A stretch of DNA of 12,255 nucleotides from contig JBIKLZ010000033.1 of the NCBI GenBank assembly GCA_044359535.1, positions 1 through 12,255 of the forward strand, in the 5' to 3' direction. Every line of letters begins with the position of its first letter. The stretch's first letter is position 1. The notes below the pieces were generated by a model. The model searched no databases. It worked only from the letters and a program-made list of their open reading frames with translations, and had not been told where the DNA came from. The stretch is from Chlamydiia bacterium (lineage in GTDB: Bacteria; Chlamydiota; Chlamydiia; Chlamydiales; 2-12-FULL-49-11). Positions 7,625 through 12,255 of this stretch are shown here, piece by piece. The translations under genes were made by a program, and so were the position numbers.

Positions 7625-8574
7625 CTAATCCAGTTTTTCTGCAACCCTTAATTTTGCACTTCTTGCCCTTCGATTTTTCCTCATTTCTTCCTTACTGCAG
7701 GCAATGGGTTTTTTTGTAATCACTTTGATCTTTGCTGGAGAAATATTCATCCCACGAAGATCCTTCATTGGCAAAGAGGCACTTCTAAAAATATTTTTTA
7801 CAATTCTATCCTCAAGACTATGAAAGGATATAACACTCACCCTTCCATGTGGGGCAAGGACCTTTAAAGCCTCTTTTAAAGATTTTTCGATAGATTCAAG
7901 CTCTTTATTGACATACATCCGTATTGCTTGGAAGATTTTTGTTGCTGGGTGGGTTTTTCCTGTTCGGGGAATGACCTCTTCAATCACTTCTTTGAGTTGA
8001 GAAGTGGTAACAATAGGTCTTTTTCTTCGTGCCTTTGTGATTGCTTGAGCTGCATTTCTCCACAACCTTTCTTCCCCAAGATCTTTAAACATTACCCCTA
8101 ATTCTTTTTCAGACATTTCGGCGATAATATCTTTTGCACTGATTTTGATATTTGTATCCATTCGCATATCTAAAGGCCCCTCTTTCATAAAACTAAAACC
8201 TCTTCCCTCTTCATCAAATTGCATAGACGACACTCCTAGGTCAAAAAAAAACCGTTGACCTCTTTAATTCCCAAATTCTTAAGGTGCTTTTCTACCTCAG
8301 AAAAGTTTCCATAAACATAGCGCATCTTTTCTGAAAACCTTGCAAGGCGACTTTTTGCAATCTCAATAGCACTTTGATCTTGATCACACCCAATATAGAT
8401 TTCAATTTCTGGATGAGCCTCTAAAATCAATTCTGCATGACCCCCAGCTCCAAGGGTTCCATCAAAAAAAACCTTCAATTGTACATCTTTAAAACTCTCC
8501 AAAACCTCATCTTTCATCACTGAAATATGGGGAAATCCCTGCTCATCTTTTGTCTTCATTGTTTTTCTTATCAT
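7625..8574 (-). pseudogene. rsmH: 16S rRNA m4C1402 methyltransferase RsmH (MraW), interrupted by a frameshift at a T9 run (recoded gene, pseudogene or sequencing error)
   Basis: ORF 8236..8574 carries HISVM, FFDGTLGAGGHA, GCDQD, GNFS. ORF 7625..8233 carries SSMQFD..RGFSF..GPLDMRMD, HPATKIFQAIRMYVNKEL, VISFHSLEDRIVK, NRRARSAKLR. One extra T in the run at 8243-8251 restores VNGFFFDLGVSSMQ and a 316-aa protein. Confidence 0.93.
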
Positions 8575-9092
8575 AATTTCACCGTCGTTTGTGCAGATTT
8601 CAATAGTTCTTCTAAATTGCTCGGGACTGTTTCCTCATCCTCACTAAAGGCTTCTTCCATCAAATCATCAAATGAATCAAAACCGATGGACTCAACAGAA
8701 AAGAGCTTTTCATATTTTTCTTTAGACCAGATCTCAATTTTATCCATTGCACCGCTTATAATCAATTCTTTATCAATCCCTACTGCCTTTTGCAATGTGG
8801 AAGGAAGGGTAACCCTCCCTACCTTATCACAGGTTCCTTCTGTAAGAGTTCCAAAAAAGAGGGTAAAAAACTTCTGAAACTTAGCAATATGCTTCCTTTT
8901 TTGGAATTTTTCAACAATTGCTTCAATGTCTGAATCTTTATAAATAGCTAAACAGCCCCCAATAGATAGCCCTATGGAAAAATGCAACTCCCCTTTTTCA
9001 ACAAGCTGATAGCGTAAGTTTTGAGGGAGGACAAAGCGTGACTTTTCATCAAGTTTTGCCCCGTAAGAACCAGAAAAAAATCCTTTACCCAT
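8571..9092 (-). CDS. mraZ: Transcriptional regulator MraZ
   Basis: 173 aa; two SpoVT/AbrB repeats with LDEKSRFVLP and CDKVGRVTLP, plus GAMDKIEIWS. First gene of the operon; its stop overlaps the rsmH start (ATGA). Confidence 0.95.
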   Translation of the reverse strand: MGKGFFSGSYGAKLDEKSRFVLPQNLRYQLVEKGELHFSIGLSIGGCLAIYKDSDIEAIVEKFQKRKHIAKFQKFFTLFFGTLTEGTCDKVGRVTLPSTLQKAVGIDKELIISGAMDKIEIWSKEKYEKLFSVESIGFDSFDDLMEEAFSEDEETVPSNLEELLKSAQTTVKL

Positions 9093-9107
9093 ATTTTGTA
9101 TCGCTTA

Positions 9108-9127
9108 TTTTCCCACATTTTCCCACA
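9108..9127 (-). promoter_or_regulatory. MraZ-type operator: perfect 10-bp tandem repeat (TGTGGGAAAA x2 on the minus strand)
   Basis: TTTTCCCACA at 9108-9117 and 9118-9127, 15 nt upstream of the mraZ ATG. GTGGG/TGGG repeats with 10-bp period are the established MraZ binding pattern. Confidence 0.75.
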
Positions 9128-9155
9128 GAATACCCTTTTATCCTAATTTATACAA
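9127..9155 (-). promoter_or_regulatory. Putative sigma70/sigma66 promoter of the mraZ-amiA operon
   Basis: Minus strand TTGTAT (9155-9150), 17 bp spacer, TATTCT (9132-9127). The predicted start site falls inside the GTGGG repeats, as expected for autorepression. Confidence 0.6.
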
Positions 9156-9238
9156 CAAAAACGGCGAAAAAATCCTTTTTTTAAAATAAATACTTTGCAA
9201 TGTCATTGAATCAAGTCTATTAGCTTTTTTCTAAAAAA

Positions 9239-9254
9239 TGGGAATATGTGGGAA
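9239..9254 (+). repeat. Second pair of MraZ-type boxes, inverted relative to 9110-9125
   Basis: TGGGAATATGTGGGAA has TGGGAA at 9239 and 9249 (10-bp period). Its reverse complement TTCCCACATATTCCCA matches 9110-9125 (TTCCCACATTTTCCCA) at 15/16. Confidence 0.7.
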
Positions 9255-9290
9255 CAGATCTAAAAGTGACTCATCCCATAAGAAAAATCC

Positions 9291-9320
9291 TTGTCTATAT
9301 ATCAAGCTTTAAGGTAAACT
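9291..9320 (+). promoter_or_regulatory. Putative promoter of the 99-aa ORF
   Basis: TTGTCT (9291-9296), 18 bp spacer, TAAACT (9315-9320), 25 nt before the ATG at 9346. Confidence 0.4.
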
Positions 9321-9345
9321 CTCTGCAAAAAAAAAAGAGACTTAT

Positions 9346-9645
9346 ATGATACCTGCTGGAGTAAATGCACAAAAATATATCACAATGTTTGAACAAGAAC
9401 TTGTACATACAAGGGCAAAAGATCTCTATAGAATTGTGGCAACCTACTTTCAATATTTCGAACCTGCTAATGCGCAAGAAGCATTGACTTTTCTTACATC
9501 TTTTGTGGGGTATTTTGATAATGATGCACAATTTGAGCGTATTGCAGACATGATCCCTATTCATTTTAATAGGATTTTAAACTTTGCAAGACAAGGTAAT
9601 CCAGATGCCTTACCTCATCTCAATCTAAGGAATGAAAGAAGATAA
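9346..9645 (+). CDS. Hypothetical protein, 99 aa
   Basis: Fills the gap between mraZ and the next gene, co-oriented with the downstream genes, with a candidate promoter and amphipathic-helix-like composition. No family recognised. Confidence 0.6.
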   Translation: MIPAGVNAQKYITMFEQELVHTRAKDLYRIVATYFQYFEPANAQEALTFLTSFVGYFDNDAQFERIADMIPIHFNRILNFARQGNPDALPHLNLRNERR

Positions 9646-9723
9646 ATCGTTTCATTAGATCCTCTTTGAAAGTGCTTTATTTATTTCTTGTGTTAAATTA
9701 AACTTTTATTTATCCATGTACAT

Positions 9724-10188
9724 ATGGATGATTTAAGCGTTAAAACCTATACCATACCGATAGACACCTCTATCAAGTATGAAGAAAATAAAAGCAACAA
9801 CTATGAGGATCTTTTAAAGGATTCAGGACAGGCACCTCAATTTGTCTCTCAAGCATCTGCCCGCCCTTTAGAAACTCATCTTAATCAACTCTTTGATCCA
9901 AAAATCACTCAGTGGGGGGGCTACACCCCCCCTGATGGCTTTTATACTCAATCTGACAAACTTTTTGGAACCTCTCTTACCCCATCTTGTACCTCTGAAA
10001 GGATAGAACTTGCTAAACAGCGCATTGCAGGAAAAAGAAAAGATTTAGAAAAAGGTTCATCAAATGATACAATCAGTAGTGTTCAAAAAAAGGCAAAAAC
10101 ACTAGAATCTTTCCTTGGAACAATTGAGGATATGAATCGCTCTTTAGAACATGTTCGAGGGGCACAAGCCGGTTTTGTAAAAGGATAA
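9724..10188 (+). CDS. Chlamydial conserved protein (CT273-like position), candidate T3SS SctX/YscX homolog
   Basis: 154 aa; PLETHLNQLF..QWGGYTPP segment and C-terminal helix ending FVKG. Lies 2 nt upstream of a TPR gene and then dnaA, matching the Chlamydia CT273-CT274-CT275 order as I recall it. Confidence 0.7.
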   Translation: MDDLSVKTYTIPIDTSIKYEENKSNNYEDLLKDSGQAPQFVSQASARPLETHLNQLFDPKITQWGGYTPPDGFYTQSDKLFGTSLTPSCTSERIELAKQRIAGKRKDLEKGSSNDTISSVQKKAKTLESFLGTIEDMNRSLEHVRGAQAGFVKG

Positions 10189-10190
10189 AG

Positions 10191-10586
10191 ATGGAAGAAC
10201 CAGTTTGGTTAGATCTTTTAGGATGGAGTGATAGCGATCTTTCCGATCTGCGCTTTGTGGGTTATTCTTATATCAAACAAGGCCAATTTGAAATTGCCTT
10301 GAAATTCTTTGAAGCTTTAATTATTTTAGCCCCAAATTCTGCTTATGACCACCAAACTCTTGGAGCCCTCTATTTAGAAATAGGAAACAATCTAGAAGCA
10401 CTAAAACTCCTTGATAAAGCCTTAGAATTAGATCCCACACACGAGGATACGTTATTAAATCGGGCTAAAGCATTATTTGTTCTAGGCTATACCTCCCAAG
10501 GGATCACTTTAGCTAAGCACTTATCCCAAAAACAAACTCCCCATATTAAAGATCGAGCCGATGCTCTTCTTCTAGCCTATACTTAA
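10191..10586 (+). CDS. TPR protein, T3SS chaperone-like (CT274-like; candidate SctY/YscY)
   Basis: 131 aa, acidic; TPR consensus in LRFVGYSYIKQGQFEIALKFFEALIILAP, QTLGALYLEIGNNLEALKLLDKALELDP and LLNRAKALFVLG. Confidence 0.8.
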   Translation: MEEPVWLDLLGWSDSDLSDLRFVGYSYIKQGQFEIALKFFEALIILAPNSAYDHQTLGALYLEIGNNLEALKLLDKALELDPTHEDTLLNRAKALFVLGYTSQGITLAKHLSQKQTPHIKDRADALLLAYT

Positions 10587-10601
10587 CTTTTCTTTTTTTC
10601 C

Positions 10602-10630
10602 TTGGAAATTACTTGAGATCAATTTATAGT
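10602..10630 (+). promoter_or_regulatory. Putative promoter of dnaA
   Basis: TTGGAA (10602-10607), 17 bp spacer, TATAGT (10625-10630). An overlapping alternative is TTGAGA (10613-10618), 18 bp, TAGAGT (10637-10642) with a TG extension. Confidence 0.45.
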
Positions 10631-10718
10631 AGGTGTTAGAGTTTGTGAAACTATCAGAAAGGGTTATAAGTATCGCAATTTCAATGTGTGAACTAATTTA
10701 GGAGCTGTATTTTTCTTT

Positions 10719-12065
10719 ATGTTACTTGAAGAAACAAAACAAATGTGGGATGAGTTTATCTCTTTTATGAAAGAGAAATGCTCAAATGCTGAATTTCAAA
10801 ACTGGCTAGCTCCTATTAACGCCATTGATGGCGATGAACGTGGGATTACTTTAGAGGTTCCAAACGTCTTTGTCAGTGACTACCTTCTTGCAAATTATAA
10901 AAAAGAGCTCTCGATGTTTTTGCCTTGTGATGGGCAAAAATCTCCCCTTATTGTTTTTGTTGTTGCTGAGCCTGTTCGAAAAACTGAACCAAAGCAAGTA
11001 ACTGTTGCTCAAACGCCCCTTACCCCAGGTTATGAACCCCGTCAAAGTGTTCGATTAAATAAAGGGTATACTTTTTCAGATTTTATCGAAGGCCCTTCGA
11101 ATCAATTTGTAAAATCTGCAGCTCTTGGCGTTGCAAACCGTCCCGGTCAATCCTATAATCCCCTCTTCATTCATGGAGGGGTAGGTTTAGGAAAAACCCA
11201 TTTATTACACAGCATTGGCCATGAAATTCATAAGACTCATAAAAAATTACGGGTCCATTGTATCACCACTGAAGCCTTCATCAATGATTTAGTAGACAAT
11301 TTAAGAAATAAGACAGTCGATAAGATGAAGCGTTTTTATCGCAATCTTGACATCCTCCTTGTCGACGATATTCAGTTCTTACAAAGTAGACTCAATTTTG
11401 AGGAGGAGTTTTGCAATACTTTTGAGGCTCTGATTAATGATAACAAACAAATTGTCATTACAAGTGATAAACCCCCAAGTCAACTAAAGCTTTCTGAGCG
11501 ATTAATTGCTCGGATGGAGTGGGGTCTTGTTGCAAATGTAGGGATCCCTGATCTTGAAACCCGTGTTGCTATCTTGCAGTACAAAGCGGAAAAAAAGGGA
11601 ATTTACATCCCAAATAAAGTGGCTTTTTTTATTGCTGAACACATTTTTAATAATGTAAGACAACTTGAAGGGGCAATAAATCGCCTTGGAGCCTATTGCG
11701 GTTTGATGGGGATAGAAGTGACTCAGGAAATTGTGGAAAAAACGTTAAGTGAGCTGTTTTCTTTTGCTCCGAAGAAAAAGGTTTCCGTGGAAAAAATTTT
11801 ACAAAGTGTCTCTTCAATGTTCAATGTAAGGGTGCAAGATTTAAAAGGAAATTCACGAGCAAAAGAGATTGCTTTTCCACGACAAGTGGCTATGTATTTA
11901 GCCAAAGAGATGATTGATGAGTCTTTGATGAAAGTGGCCTCTTCTTTTGGGGGAAAAACGCATTCAACGCTCCTTCATTCTTGGAATAAAATTAAAAAGC
12001 AACTTGAAAGTGACGAAACCCTCCGAAGACAAATACAAATGACCCAACAAGACCTTGAATCTTAA
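10719..12065 (+). CDS. dnaA: Chromosomal replication initiator DnaA (chlamydial CT275/DnaA2-type paralog)
   Basis: 448 aa; domain I ([13 protein letters not shown]), [30 protein letters not shown] (Walker A), LLVDDIQFL (Walker B), [26 protein letters not shown]; domain IV signature [10 protein letters not shown]. Confidence 0.97.
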   Translation: MLLEETKQMWDEFISFMKEKCSNAEFQNWLAPINAIDGDERGITLEVPNVFVSDYLLANYKKELSMFLPCDGQKSPLIVFVVAEPVRKTEPKQVTVAQTPLTPGYEPRQSVRLNKGYTFSDFIEGPSNQFVKSAALGVANRPGQSYNPLFIHGGVGLGKTHLLHSIGHEIHKTHKKLRVHCITTEAFINDLVDNLRNKTVDKMKRFYRNLDILLVDDIQFLQSRLNFEEEFCNTFEALINDNKQIVITSDKPPSQLKLSERLIARMEWGLVANVGIPDLETRVAILQYKAEKKGIYIPNKVAFFIAEHIFNNVRQLEGAINRLGAYCGLMGIEVTQEIVEKTLSELFSFAPKKKVSVEKILQSVSSMFNVRVQDLKGNSRAKEIAFPRQVAMYLAKEMIDESLMKVASSFGGKTHSTLLHSWNKIKKQLESDETLRRQIQMTQQDLES

Positions 12066-12253
12066 ACAATCAATACATAGGCACGTTTGTAGATAGGGAC
12101 TTTTAGAATAGGGTTATTTTTTCGATGCAATAGGAAAAGGATTTTTTCCCCTTTTTGGGGTACATTTTTTAGTAAAAATGTTTTCAGATGAATTAATTCT
12201 GGTTCACATTCGATATGAGAAAATGTCCAACGGAGTTCTGTAAGCTGAATCAG
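12062..12253 (-). CDS. 3' end of an unidentified convergent gene (starts beyond the window)
   Basis: A minus-strand frame is open from the window edge for 63 codons ([63 protein letters not shown]). Its TAA (12064-12062) overlaps the dnaA TAA (12063-12065). Not in the supplied ORF track. Confidence 0.55.
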   Translation of the reverse strand: MIQLTELRWTFSHIECEPELIHLKTFLLKNVPQKGEKILFLLHRKNNPILKVPIYKRAYVLIV

Positions 12254-12255
12254 TG

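Noticed and set aside
9110..9254. The 16-bp inverted repeat read as a MITE or RNA hairpin
   Set aside because: I see no target-site duplication, and the 113-bp spacer holds promoter-like elements. The internal 10-bp periodicity fits protein operators better.
9238..9312. 24-codon ORF MGICGNRSKS..., in frame with the 99-aa ORF across one TAA and resembling an acylation motif
   Set aside because: No ribosome-binding site, it overlaps the operator and promoter candidates, and nothing supports readthrough.
9295..9564. 89-aa minus-strand ORF
   Set aside because: Antisense to the more plausible 9346..9645 ORF, with a Cys/Phe/Ile-rich composition typical of shadow frames.
245..11905. Short alternative ORFs (245-442, 2214-2498, 2823-3044, 4591-4869, 6199-6411, 7026-7232, 8527-8877, 10851-11045, 11723-11905)
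   Set aside because: All lie antisense within well-supported genes and show no recognisable motifs.
12131..12170. GGAAAA/TTTTCC and CCCC/GGGG hairpins as a dnaA terminator
   Set aside because: The stems are weak and lie inside the probable convergent coding frame.
1..12255. CRISPR array, rRNA, defence system or riboswitch
   Set aside because: I saw no regularly spaced long repeats, rRNA-like sequence, defence-type domains or structured leaders.

Overview
AT-rich bacterial housekeeping window whose gene order points to Chlamydiota, probably outside Chlamydiaceae (inference). From left to right it holds: the 3' part of an IS5-family (IS903-group) transposase, tRNA-Arg(CCT) on the minus strand, gnd, a degenerate YbaK/EbsC-like gene, and a compact minus-strand division/cell-wall operon (mraZ-rsmH-ftsL-ftsI-murE-amiA). 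Divergent from that operon are a 99-aa orphan ORF, a gene pair resembling the T3SS SctX/SctY (YscX/YscY) pair, and a dnaA paralog with an atypical DNA-binding signature. The window ends in the 3' end of a convergent unknown gene. Most notable: (1) rsmH is split by a one-base deficit in a T9 run (recoding candidate or sequencing error); (2) two inversely oriented pairs of MraZ-type boxes lie in the divergent intergenic region; (3) the SctX/SctY-like pair sits next to dnaA, away from any other T3SS gene; (4) catalytic or specificity motifs deviate in the YbaK-like protein, PBP3 and DnaA. All homology calls come from motif recognition, with no database search.
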